Notes under the pieces: model-generated
The model's input: the letters and a program-made list of their open reading frames with translations, nothing else
Database searches by the model: none
What the model was told of the DNA's origin: nothing
Assembly: GCA_973895155.1 (NCBI GenBank)
Contig: OZ316893.1
Coordinates: 21,002,955 to 21,066,954, forward strand
Direction: 5' to 3'
Source: Marsupella aquatica
Taxonomy: Eukaryota; Plantae; Marchantiophyta
DNA length: 64,000 nt
Translations under genes and position numbers: made by a program
Shown here: positions 1-12,420 of the stretch, piece after piece
Numbering within the stretch: position 1 is the stretch's first letter
How the letters are laid out: every line of letters starts with the position of its first letter

Positions 1-1650
1 AACGGAGTGCATTCCCCTCTTCACATATTATCACTTCTCCCTGCTGCACTAGTACTGTTCTTCCCCATGGAAACGACCACAATCACAGCAGCAGTACGGA
101 GGAGTGGTACCACTCCACTCGACTCTGACGACGCAAGCTTTAGAAAGCCGGTGGATGAAGGAAAGTCGCCAATTCTACTTGGCCAGATCTCGATTGTTGA
201 CCTCCTCCACCTACTTCCGTACGCCCCCCTCGTCACTACTGCACCAGCAGTTGATCCCTCCCCGATCTCCTCCGTCCTCATCCAATTCAGTCTAGTTCTT
301 CCCCTGATGACCTTTCCCTTCTCCTTCTTCTGCGGGTTCTGCTCCTGCTCCTGAGATCGCCCTTCCCCTTCCTTCTACTTCTTCTTCGTCTGCTGACTCG
401 GGAGATGCAAAGGAGGATCGTATTTCTTCTTCGTATACTGCTGTTGCTCACAAGACTCAAATGAGGAAGTAGACACCGTGATGATGTGACCACCCTCAGA
501 GGAGCAACAGAAACTCGTCAAAGGGGTCAAGATCTGATCGGTGGATCAATCAATCAAAATACACCTTTCTTTCCTCCCTTACTCTCACTCATTCACTCAC
601 GCACCTTCCTCCGACTTGCTTCCTCCCAGGCATGCACCAATCTCAAAGCCTCAGACAGTCCACACGGAACAATGGATCAATCCAGCCAGCAGACCCCTAA
701 CCTCCTCGTCTACTACCTCTTCCTCGTCCAGCTCCTATTCCTGCTCCTGTTGCTACTCCTATTCCTGCTCCTCTCCCACCACCACTTGCTTCCTCAAACA
801 TCAACCCCCTCAAATTCGGAGCCCGCAAAATTCCCGGAACATCTTGCAGACAAAAGAAAACACTTAAACATCCAACGCCTCCCAAGACCAGGAGATGTTT
901 TTAAAAGCCAAAAAGCCCAGAGAAGAAAGTAGCTCGTCAAGAGAGAACTAGAGCAGGCAACCTCACGCCATATCCCGACTCCGATCACAACAATTCCACT
1001 TCAACTTCACCTTTCACCACCACCGCCTCAACACAAATCTGACGATAACATTCAATTCCCATTAGTCAGCGCGCAGCAAAGCAAACACCGTCAGAATGGC
1101 CAGTTCCACTTCCATTGGTTGGTTGCTTCGTTCAAGAGCTCCAGCAGCAGTACTGTCCATTCAGCACACTCCTGCATTGGTCCATTCTTACATTCATACG
1201 TTTTATTCACTACCAATTCTTCAGCGGTCCGGTCTTTCACATTCATTTCCTTTTCCGTCCTTCACTCCTGCCTTCTCTGGATGCCATATTTTTGACCGCG
1301 TGCCGCATTCAATCCGCTCAATGACTCATCACCATGCCCCTTTGGCTTTGTCGATTCCTCGTCACAGGAACAGTAGTCCATAGTCTCCCAGCAGTCCCTA
1401 CCCTCTTGACTTTGCTCCAATTATTTCTCTGCCAACTCTCCTTCCGCGAAAGGGAACCACTCTCTGATTTCTCTTCGCCTGTAATAACTTTCTGCGCACC
1501 ATTCTGTCTTTTCCTCATTCGCCCCCTTATCAGGCCTTAGAGTTACAGTCCATCAATTCAATTATTCAATTCAACACCATTCTTTCTCATCATCTCCTCT
1601 ACAAACGGACGATTCCTCATTCGTTCTTTCAACGTTCTCGTCGTTCGTGA
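1..1650 (-). other. Degraded coding-like sequence, probably TE-derived accessory ORF remnant (family not identified)
   Basis: The minus strand is purine-rich and gives protein-like stretches (e.g. WTVTLRPDKGANEEKTEWCAESYYRRREIREWFPF, ECAEWTVLLLELLNEATNQWKWNWP) broken by many stops. No recognisable domain. Confidence 0.25.
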
Positions 1651-3767
1651 TGATTGAACCGCCGGAACGGGAAACTACCGTCAGGTTCGGGTTATTCAGG
1701 CCAGACAAGAGCGAGGCGCACGGGCCGGCAAGAGGGCTGACTATACCGGCGACGTTGTGTTCTCACAGGACTGGTCCGGCTCCGGCGTGTTGATACCTTG
1801 CTTCAGGCTAACGGTCGGGCTTCGTCGGTGCCGGCGTTGTTATCACGGCACTGTTCCCGGCGGGCTTATCAACTCTTTTTTCTTTTTGCTGAGCGGACTA
1901 CAAAAAGCGGGTACAGGTACAGGTACAGTGGTCCTCCCTTATGAGTGGTCCTGGGTATGCCAAGGCTAGCCCCGTACCTTAGGAGGTTCTACGTCAGTAA
2001 TTTATAACCCTTGAATATTACGGAATTTATCGCGTGAAAGTTACAACAAATATATTTATGTGTGTCTGTTGGTCTAATGTGTTCCTTGTTGGTCACTGTT
2101 TAGGTGACACGACTCTTGCTGACTTGTTTTGTCCTTCTTTTTTCCCCTTTGTTGGGATGCTGTCTAATTGATTGGCGTTGTTTACTTGCAAGACTAACCT
2201 TGGGTGCCTTGAAACATTGTTGCCCATAGCAAAAAAGAGTTTTGCTTGATTGGTCTCATTGGCAGTGGAGAAGGTTATTATTGAGGTATTTTATGTTGCG
2301 AGCAAACAAAAGATTTTGATAGTGAGGAAATGTTATTAGCGAGACACTAATGGTTTCAAATTTCATTTGCTTTTTGGTGCCATTCATATTTTTTATGGTA
2401 TTTTTAGCTAGCAAAAAGGGGACCCCAAAAGGGATGTTACCAACCTGGTAGTTGATAGCGAGATAGTTGGATATAGAAAAAGGGGTCATGCAAGAATGTA
2501 TTTTGCTCATGCGAGGAATAATTTTACTGTTTGTTCGCACATTACAATTACCCGTTATTATTTTGCTGGTTTGTTGGGCTTTAGTTCCTTTCCGGTTGTG
2601 GGGGACTCTCAGGCTTTTGGCTCTTTGGTATGCCTGGGTGTTTTCTCTCTTTATTGAATCTCTTGCCTTTGGTCTCTTGTCTCACTGTTTGGTGCTTCTT
2701 CTTTTTTGGCAGTGTGGTATGTGTTGTGGACTTAGCAACACTTGCATTTCAAAGAATTGAGAGGCACACCAAAGGAAATCTTAATAGAATCCAGTCTGGG
2801 TGGGTCCTTTATTAGTGCAATTACCGGGGCAATTATATCACAAGTGAAAATGTAAGGATTTTTTGCCTTGGAAAAGAAGAAAAGTATGATATCACTTGAA
2901 AAGAACAAAAAGTGCCTTACCAGAAGAAAAAGGACCAATTTATTAACAAGTGCCTAATAAAGTGCAATCAGATTTCTTGGGTCTGGGGCAAGTAGCCACT
3001 GTGGCAAATGCCATTGGCTAGCCTACAAAGAAGTGGCAATCTCATGGATCCCTGCCTCAGGAGGGTTGGTTGGCGAACTCCTGCCCACCCAAAGTATGTT
3101 TTTGGCAAGCAGTCAGATCCATCGGTAAGGACCAAGTGGCGACAAGAATCAGCATTCCTACCAAAGCCTGTAAGAAAATCAAGTTACGAGATTAACATGT
3201 GCAAAATCCCTTAAAAACTTAAGCTGAAGCTCTCGTTAAGCTAGTCTGTGTGGTTTCTCAGGTTTAGGGGCTTTAGGCTGTTGTCACAACGACACTTTAT
3301 GACTTGATTGTCTCTGTCATTAATTATTATCATAGTTGTATACAACATATATATATGGTAGACATTAGAGCATGACTGCTCAAGATCAATATCTGACAGC
3401 CGGTGGTGATTACAACACTACTGTTCTCAAACGCTAACAGCAACAAATCAGTGTTGAACCACACAAACACCCTTAATGGGCAGCTCAGGGTGCCTGCTTA
3501 TTTCTTTTATGTCAGTACATTGCCTCCGGTAAACGGTCTCCCCGCCTACGCGAATAGACCAAATACCTCATTAGAAACACCTGGCATTCTTAACTATATA
3601 AGTTTCTCAGGGCATTATACCCCATAATGCACTCTAAAGAGTTATATCCCATAGTGTTGTCTAAAGAGAACTTTACTAGGGTGTCTCGTAAACAAAAAAA
3701 ACTGGCACCTCAGAGGAGTCATGTGAGGTGGCCTGTTGTGGTAGAGTCTTGTTGTGGTCACCACAAC

Positions 3768-3953
3768 AGGCTTCACCACAACAGGGTACACCACAACAGG
3801 GTACAAACAGACATTATTTTTTGGGGTACCCAAAACTGAGTGGACTCACTACACAATGAATGGTGAGGCAGTCCGGAGCACCAGACAACAGGGTACAAAC
3901 GGGCATTCTTTTTTGGGGTACCCAAAAATGAACGGACTCACTACACAATGAAT
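3768..3953. repeat. Short tandem/direct repeats (CACCACAACAGG x3, then two ~68-bp copies)
   Basis: ACAACAGGGTACAAAC..CATT.TTTTTTGGGGTACCCAAAA..GA..GGACTCACTACACAATGAATG occurs at ~3794 and ~3886. Confidence 0.8.
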
Positions 3954-4169
3954 GTTATTGTGTTTAGTGTGAAATCAGTGGTTTTATGGTCCCGGGACTT
4001 ATTTGACATCCCTACTGTATACATAGTAACCCCGCGAGCAAAAAGCCCAGACGACCGGACAGACACAAATCTTACCAGTCTACAGGGGTGGAGCCTCGCT
4101 CTTCTCGGAGATTCTTGCTAAGCTCTGTAGCTTGCTTGGGTGAAAAGCTCATGAACGACGAGTATCTCG

Positions 4170-4990
4170 TGCTCGGCATCGAAGGATCTACCACTTGATT
4201 CTTTGCTTCAACAAATTTGTCCCCTTTGAAATCATCATATGTGCGTTTTCCGCACCTTCTGTCTGTGCACGCTTTACATGTGTAACCTCATTTCTAGCCA
4301 TTTTCAGAGTTGAGTTTGTCGCAGAATTCCCTGTTCTCTGCTCGGTATCAAAAAATATTTCCACTTGATTCTCCGCTTCAACAATTTTTCCCGCTTTGAA
4401 CTCTGTGAAATCATTACATTGCGTTTTCCTTTTCCACTTAGAACTCTGTGAAATTATTACATTGCGATTTCCTTTTTTTTGCTTTGAACTCTGTGAAATT
4501 ATTACATTGCGTTTTCCGCGTCACCTTGTCCATTTTTACAATGTAAAAGAGAAATTTCTCGCCATCTAGGATGAGTTCAGAGTTGAGTGCGTCGAAGATT
4601 TCGTGTTCTCTGTCCGGCACCGAAGGATCTTCCACTTGATTCTCTACTTCAACAAATTTGTCCGCTTTTAATCTGTGAAACCATTACATTGCGTTTTCTG
4701 CGTCACCTTCCGGCTGTCCACTCTTTTACATGTGAAAAAAAAGAATCTCGCCATCTAGGCTAAGTTCAGAGTTCAGTGCGTCGAAGAATTTCCTGTTCGC
4801 TGTCCGGCATCGAAGGATCTTCCACTTGATTCTATGCTTCAACAAGTTTGTCCGCTTTAAAATCTGTGAAATCTTACATTGCGTTTTCCGCGTCACCTTC
4901 TGTCTGTCCACTCTTTACATGTGTAAACTCATTTCTCGCCATCTGGGCTGAGCTCAGAGTTGAGTGAGTCGAAGAATTCCCTGTTCTCTT
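4170..4990. repeat. Degenerate tandem repeat, ~170-270 bp unit, ~4 copies
   Basis: The motif GGCA.CGAAGGATCT.CCACTTGATTCT..GCTTCAACAA recurs at ~4175, 4343, 4616 and 4806, with shared TCAGAGTTGAGTG.GTCGAAGA segments. Confidence 0.85.
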
Positions 4991-5718
4991 CTCTATCCTT
5001 CGGGTAACCTTCTGCCCGCGACACTTGTTGCATTTTCAAACTCATTCCTCGCCAGCCATTTGGCCGAATCCAGGGCTGATTGCGTAGAAGATTTCCTTGC
5101 ATCCAAAATCTAGGAGGAATTTCTCTGTTGTCCAGTTTGACTCTATGGCAACCACTGCATTTGTGATTCTTATCTCGCTTTCTATGCCGTCGATAACTTT
5201 GTGAGGCGATAGACGCTTGAGTTTGGTAGCGAGGAGAGAGGGAAGTCGTGTGGTGTGGACTGACGGAGGAGCTATTGCAAGGTACAGAACTGAAAATAAA
5301 AATGAGATAGAACGCCTATCTCTGTTTTTAAATGATCGATGCTCTTCTGAATTTACAGTATTGCTGTGCAAATCCACTTGCTGTCGGACGTTGAGGTGAA
5401 CCTTGAAGTGTGAGTTGAGCTTGCTCTCAATATAATCGTTAGTAGTGCTGTTCTCAGTCCAAAATTTGGGCTATCCCGTCGTGGTTCAGGTCTGTTGATG
5501 TTCAATTATTGATGACCAAAACTATGTGGTCCCTTCTTTGCATCGGTTTCCTATTATTCAATTTCGTGCGTCGCGAGCTATGGTAGCGGTGAGAATTTGT
5601 CAGAGAGAGCGACGGCTGGACATGTTAGACGTGGAACTAACGGTCAGTAGTCTGTGATGCATTAACCGCAGAAACTAGGGCTGGTGTGAATTAATAATAG
5701 AACGGGAAGAAGATCATC

Positions 5719-6782
5719 ATGTCGCACCACCACGGTCCACCTGTGCACCACCCTCCGCCTCCGTTCGGACACGGTGGTCCTGGATCTAATGATTCACATG
5801 AGAGCAGCAAGGTTGCTTCTGTGAGTGATTCGATCAAGGGGATAACCGTGAAGATCTTCAGTGAAGCTGATACGGGCTTCAATCTAGGTGTCAAGAGTCA
5901 CGAAGTCGTGGTTTTGAATGCTAACGACTCCGATCCCTACCAGGTCTACTCTTGCCCCGGACCTTTCGGAGGTGTTACCTCAATTGACTGCATCCGTGAC
6001 TCTGTTCTTAGTGAATTTTATTGGATGCTGTCTCCCGCCTTGTTGAGATCATCCTTCTCCTTCTAGACACGAGTGGCAGCTGGACGGCCGTTTTAATTTG
6101 ATGTGTACCGTCTCTTACCTTGCAGCAATGGATCAAGGACGAGTCACGGAGCAATACCGCGAAGGATTCGGCTGGATATCCAGCTTTCGCTTTGATCAAC
6201 AAAGCCACTGGAAAAGCTTTGAAACATCCTTCTAAAGGAGAGGAAAAGGTATTCGGGCAACAGTCTTGGATCTGATTTTTGAGCTCAGCCGCTGTTTCAA
6301 TTTCAGAGCACCTTAGTCATAGCATGTTAGAGCTGTTTACCAATCCGATCACAATAGAGACTTGCTTTCGGTATGAACGACGTATTCATGTTCTACTTTA
6401 AAGTCTTGGCTGGTTATGTGCTGGGGAATTTGACTTTGTTCTGATCGGAATTACTGATTTGAAGTTGAGTTTCGAGAGCTTCTTTGATCTAGATGATTGG
6501 AATGTATGTCTCAATATTTCTTTATTGATAATGATCATCCAGGTTTCTTTGGTTGACTATGACGCAAATACTCTGAAAGTGGAAATGCTCTGGTCTGCTG
6601 GTAAGGATGAGGGTCATGGATATCATGCTATTCGTTCCATCAGCAACATCGGGCTCAATTTAGACATCGACCACGGAGGCAAGAAATACGGCCCCATCAA
6701 AGAGGGACAGGCAGTCATTGTGTTCAAGTGGAAGAACGAAGAGAATCAGCACTGGAAGATGGAAATGATCAGTATGTCCTAA
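5719..6782 (+). CDS. Euonymus-related (EUL) ricin-B-like lectin; exons 5719-5943, 6126-6248, 6543-6782 (alternative: exon 3 ends at 6771 and splices to 7000-7067)
   Basis: Phase-0 GT-AG introns join ...DSDPYQ | QWIKDESRSNTAKDSAGYPAFALINKATGKALKH... | VSLVDYD...LWSAGKDEGHGYHAIRSISNIGLNLDIDHG...VIVFKWKNEENQHWKM. This matches EUL-domain motifs (FALVNKATG, QxW) as in Arabidopsis EULS3. The N-terminus is His/Pro-rich. Confidence 0.9.
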
Positions 6783-7408
6783 GCATCTTCTCTGCTTCTT
6801 GGTCTTGTCAATCAACATCAGGGTCCACTGGCATTTCATTCCTCGGACGACACAGATGATCTTGGGGAACCTTTTGACTGCAACTTAATGTGAGAAGTTA
6901 AGTATTCATAGTCTTGTTCTTGAGCCAGGTGCAGCGTCGACTACTTCTTTCTCATTCTCATGTCCATTATTATTAGTTAACGGTGGGGTTATGAAACAGG
7001 TGCAGCTACGACTCCTTCTCAAGACCATCACCATCACCATCACCTTCATCATCACCACGGACACTAATCTGCGGCAGGCATAATGTTGGATGACCATTAT
7101 AGATTTTATTATAAAGGAGGCATGCTGAATCGATTCAACAGGAGGACGTAGCATTATTGTCTTTGTTCAATCCAACCTATCAGATCGAGGATGAGATAGA
7201 GCGAATGATTTTGCGGGCTGTGGAACGAGAAATCGCAAAGACAAAAATTACAGTTAAGGTGGAACAGAGTCGAATCGTCCCGCTGTTATTGACGCAAAGG
7301 ATATGGAATTATGGACTCACTACTCGTTGCGTGTAGAGTTCAGTCTTTTTTAAATCAGCGGATGACTTCGGTCTAACTGCTTCCCTGTTGACTCCACCTT
7401 GCATTTTT

Positions 7409-7506
7409 CCACTCATTCTTTAAAAAAAGTTGCCTATGTGGATCGATAGAGCCTCCATTCATTCTTTTAAAAAAGTTGCCTTTGTGGATCGATAGAGCCT
7501 CCATTC
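7409..7506. repeat. Direct duplication of ~46 bp
   Basis: TCATTCTTT.AAAAAAGTTGCCT.TGTGGATCGATAGAGCCTCCATTC appears twice in tandem. Confidence 0.85.
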
Positions 7507-7779
7507 CGAATGATTACTGTACCTCGGTGGATGCAGAGTGTATTTATAATCTTGGAATCAATTGCTAGGTGGATGTCAGCATTCTTATTCCTCAAGCTCG
7601 TTGGAAGGACAAGCAAAAGGACCCCTTCCCCTCTGTCATCAATAGGAGAGAGAGAACCACTTGAATACCAATAGTTTGAGAGAGTGAGAACTCCAAAATG
7701 AATACTATCGATTCTTCTATCAAATGTAGAGAACCCTTATCGAGGGTCATATTGAGCAGTGAAAAGTGTGAGTGCAAAA

Positions 7780-8285
7780 CGATGGCAGAACGAAAGAAAG
7801 GTGTGTCGGTGCAAAAAGATGACAGAGGGGAAGAGGGTACAAAAGGATGACAGAGGGGAAGAGGGGAAGAGGGTTAGAACAGGATGACGGAGGGGAAGAG
7901 GGAAGAGGGGAAGAGTGTTGTGTTGGGACAATAGAAAAGGAAGGTGTGTCACTGCAAAACGATGACAGAGGGGAAGGGGTACAAAAGGATGATGGAGGGA
8001 AGAGGGGAAGAGGGGAAGAGGGGAAGAGTGTTGTGTTAGGACAATAGGAAAGGAAGGTGTGTCACTGCAAAAAGATGACAGAGGGGAAGGGGTACAAAAG
8101 GATGATGGAGGGAAGAGGGGAAGAGTGTTGAGTTGGGAAAGTCTGAAGGGTGATGGATACTGGGGAAGAGGTACGAAAGGATGACTGATGGAAGACGGAA
8201 AGAGTGTTGTGTTGGTACATTGTGAGAGGTGACTGATGGAAGAAGAAAAGAGTGTTGTGTTGGGACAGTGAGAGGGGAACGATTA
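7780..8285. repeat. Purine-rich degenerate minisatellite
   Basis: Recurrent GATGACAGAGGGGAAG.GGGTACAAAAGGATGA, GAGGGGAA and AGAGTGTTGTGTTGGGACA units. Confidence 0.85.
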
Positions 8286-8781
8286 TGGAGGTGGTCCATG
8301 CCATCTTGGGCAGTTCATGTGTCCTTTTGGTTGCCTGGTCATTCTGACTATGTGAACCTACTCTTCACCAGCTAGTGTCTAGAATGAAGACTCTAGATCA
8401 TAATTAATTGGGAGGCAGAACCAAGGCTAGGGGTGTGGGTGGAAAATGGGGATTGGGGCAGAGTGAGTCTCTACAAAAAGCATAGCACGTGAGGAGCCAA
8501 TGGAAACTAATTGAACTTCAACATGCAATGAATTTGAATGTCCCTGACTCGTATTTACATTTGAAGATTGGGCAGTCAGGCTTAGGGTTCAACGCTAATC
8601 AAACATCATCAAAAGCTAGGATAAGGGCCTGCAGTCTGGAGTGACGCCTATAGACCATGACTCTGGCAGCACAATTGTTGATTGTTAAATCTAGCACCTG
8701 TTGGATCTGTTGGATTAGTGGAGAGGGCCTGTACTGGCCTGTACCCTGGAAGAACACTGGATTATGCTCATACTAATTCTC

Positions 8782-8804
8782 AGAGAGAGAGAGAGAGAGA
8801 GAGA
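8782..8804. repeat. (AG)n microsatellite
   Basis: Seen directly in sequence. Confidence 0.95.
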
Positions 8805-9749
8805 TGTACAACTATATTGCACAGTGAATCTTGATGCAAGTGTAATTAATATGGGGGTTCAATCATGTATGTTAAGTGAGTTTTCATAAACTGCCCACAA
8901 GCCATACACAAATAGGATATATTTGGCTGCGTCCACATCCCACCTATGCGCTTCTATTCTTTCCACTCCAAAGTATTGTCACGGATTCAGATTGCTTTCA
9001 AATGTCCACCAATATTTCCAAAAATCTACAACTAGAGACAAATAATCTATTTTGGGGGCTAGCAGTGCTACAAAATGTAACAACTACAATATTGAGAGGA
9101 CTATCTGTGGTATTTTTTAAGAAAATTTGATCAACAACATGGATTCTTCAAAATGAGTCTTTTATGATATAAAGTCAAAGGTGAAACAAAGCATACAAAA
9201 ATGATAGAGGGCTCATTAGAAAAAATATGAGGAAAACACAGTCAAAATTTGTGTTCTAAAACATTAAATGCATGTTAAAGCTAAAACAATCATTTACAAG
9301 AATAAAATGAAATTTACTATTTTAAAGAAAAGCAACAAGAAAATAGGGTCCCAAACGATTTAATGCTGTAGTTAATTAATATGACATTGTTACGGACCCC
9401 CATGAGAGGTCTCTTGCAAATTCCCTGCCACGAGGTTGCACCACATCACCACAACCAGCCACAAACAGGAATGATCCTATTTCTAACAATAACAAACGTG
9501 CACATTCCTGTTTGTGGCAAAAGCAACATAATTTTGGGGGCGCCATGCCGTAAATATTAAACGTAAAAAAAACCAAAATACAAAGGGAGATATGTCATTA
9601 GTAAAATAAAGTTACCATTTTGATGTTTGTCAAAGATATATCAATGTTTTATATCAAAATGCTTATATTTTTTAATTGTTTGCAAGTTTGAAAAAACCAA
9701 CCAATAGAAATGTACATAGTTAAAACCCCTTTGGCTTCACATTGTAAAA

Positions 9750-10245
9750 TTAAATAATCAATCTCCTTAGTACCTGATAAAATTTGTCAATGTTTGATTC
9801 ATTGGAAAACTCAAGATCAAGATTTAGAAACTCATGACCTCTTTAGTAGTGTCTTGATAAAATCTCTCAATGTCACACTCATTGGAAAGCTAAAGTAAAA
9901 TTAAAAACTCATCATTTCCTTAGTACTTGACAAAATCTATCAATGTTAGGTTCATTGGAAAGCTAGAGAAATTAAGATACTCATGATCTCTCTAATTCTT
10001 GATGGATAATCTCAATGTCACACATTAGAAAGATAGAGAGATTGAAAACCTCATGATCTCTTTAGTATCGTGACAAAATTTGACATGAAATTTGTCAATG
10101 TCGGACTCAATGTTGGAAAACTAAAAGAATTCATGGACTCATGATCAAAATTTCTTATACTCACACTCATTGGAAAGGCAAAGAAATTCAAAAACTCATT
10201 TGGAACTTGACAAAATTTGTCAATATGAGGCTCATTGGAAACCCT
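9750..10245. repeat. AT-rich degenerate tandem repeat, ~65-75 bp unit, ~7 copies
   Basis: Recurrent TCAATGT...TCATTGGAAAG/ACT...ACTCATGATCTC.TTAGTA..TGA.AAAAT units. Confidence 0.75.
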
Positions 10246-12214
10246 TTTATCGATTAAGAGATATCACAATCTCATCACCATCACAAACTTGCATCATGCA
10301 CTATTTTGTGTTCATTCTATTTCTACCACATGAATTAGTGTTATTCACACTATCTACAATAACACTGAAAAACTAGTGTGAAAAAACTATTATTTTGAAA
10401 AATACTCAAGAATTAGTGTTACTTTGGACTCAAGATAATCCATTTTTTTACCAAAAATTCCAAGAAAACTGGAAAAAAACTATTCTGAACATTGGACAAA
10501 ATTAGTGTTATTTGACTCAAAAACACTTTAACCCAAAGTTAGTGTTACTAATGCTAATTTTTGCATAACACTGTTATGATGAAGAGTGTAGACTGTCTAG
10601 CAGACAGTCTTTTTGAAAGCTTTAAATTTGGGTGTGACTTGTCAACAGATAAGTGGAAGTAACGCTGGACATGTACCAACAATTTGTTCTTATGTCATTG
10701 ACCAATGAAGCAAAATGTTCCCTATTGAATTAAGCATTCTCTGTGATTGAGCCAGAACATCTACAGGATGGATCTGAAATTTTCAACCTGGAAGGTATGA
10801 ATTGTTTACAAAGGCATGCTTAGGATGTCAGAACAGTTCTGCTTGGACCAGACTAGTCAGACCGAGCATGGACATGGTGGGTGAGCCTTACTGGGAACCA
10901 ATGGGCCCCAAGGTTGGCCAGACCATCACAGGGCACAGGCCTCCTGGACTTAGTAAAAACACACTCCACACCTGGATCCAAAAGCTGGTTGCTCACACAG
11001 GTGGACTCATTTAAAATGGGGCTGATCCATATTGGTTCTGCTTTTATGATTCAAGTCCTATGGACCCTTGGCCTGAAAATTCAAAGGGTGATAAATTGAG
11101 TTCCTCAAACATTTGGAAGGACACTCCAATTACCCTCACTTACCAATATTGTAAGAAACAGACAAGCGCAGGCAATGGCCAATGAAGGTAATGTGGTAGA
11201 AAAATCACTAAATTGGAAGGTGGGCTTCAAGGCTCCCATCATGGTAACATTAGAAAATTGCAATGGCAAGAATTGGATCACAAATGATCTATGCATAATT
11301 TCCCTTGATGATCAGAATTTGTTACAGGTTGCAGGTAGGAACAGTTGATTTGACACTTCATTTTTATGGTCATGACTGCTCAATCAAACTCTGATCTTGT
11401 GCACCACTCCCATCTGTATATGTGATCATCTTCTCTCTTAGTTTCCTGTGTGGGTTCATCATTTTTCATTATTGTATTGACTTTTGTTTGATAAACATAT
11501 GCCTACCATTTTTCATTATTGTATTGACTTTGTTTAATAGAGATATGCCTACCCCAGTAAGTCATCCTCTCTTAGCTTCTCATTGTGACCAGCACGTTGA
11601 ATATGGGGATGACAAAACCTTCACAGAAGAGTGACATTAAGTATTAGGGAAGTGATCAAACATACAATGTAACAGAGGAAAATCATGAAATGCATGTTTT
11701 TCTAAGTGGTATGAAAACTACTTGCAAGAGTCAGGCAGGGAGTCGGGGCGGTGCACCAGGCCCCAAAGTTCAAGAGGGAGAAATGTCACATGTTGTGAGA
11801 CCAACAAAATGCTTGTAGGGCAATCAACAGAACTAGCTTTTAGCCTTGCCAATGATATTTTTTAACACCATGTTTTACTGTTTAGTTCTTCACCAAGGAA
11901 CTATGACCCAAATGAGATCATGACCAGTTGCCCCAGGTTCGTTTCTTGGACAAAACTGGCGTTCCATAAGCTTTGACAGCTACTACAGTACACAAGCACG
12001 AGTTCGTCCTCATCCTCATATAAGGGGAAATTGAATCACACCCAGACACCGCATTTTACGTTTCAGTCTGTGAATGCGAAGACAAGTTTTTGAAGTGGAA
12101 GCAAGGAATCCCACCAAGACTCTAAATGCAAAGAAAGATCCCCGCTCTGAAATGGAAGCAAAAATAAGATTCCGCTTTGAAGCGGAAGCAGGACAGATTC
12201 CGCTCTGTAGTGGA

Positions 12215-12420
12215 AGCAAAGGTCGACGTTCAACAGTGCATAATTATTCCTCTCTGAAGTTTAAGCAAAGGTCGACATTCAACAGTACATGCAAGAGACG
12301 TCATCTACAAGAGCAGAGGAAGGGATTCCGCAAGCCCCATAGCTAGTAGAACAGCACACCAAGTACATGCAAGAGACGTCATCTACAAGAGCAGCGGAAG
12401 TGCTTCCGCAAGCCCCACAG
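12215..12420. repeat. Modular local duplications
   Basis: AAGCAAAGGTCGAC.TTCAACAGT occurs twice. AGTACATGCAAGAGACGTCATCTACAAGAGCAG.GGAAG.G..TTCCGCAAGCCCCA.AG occurs at ~12283 and ~12362. Confidence 0.8.
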
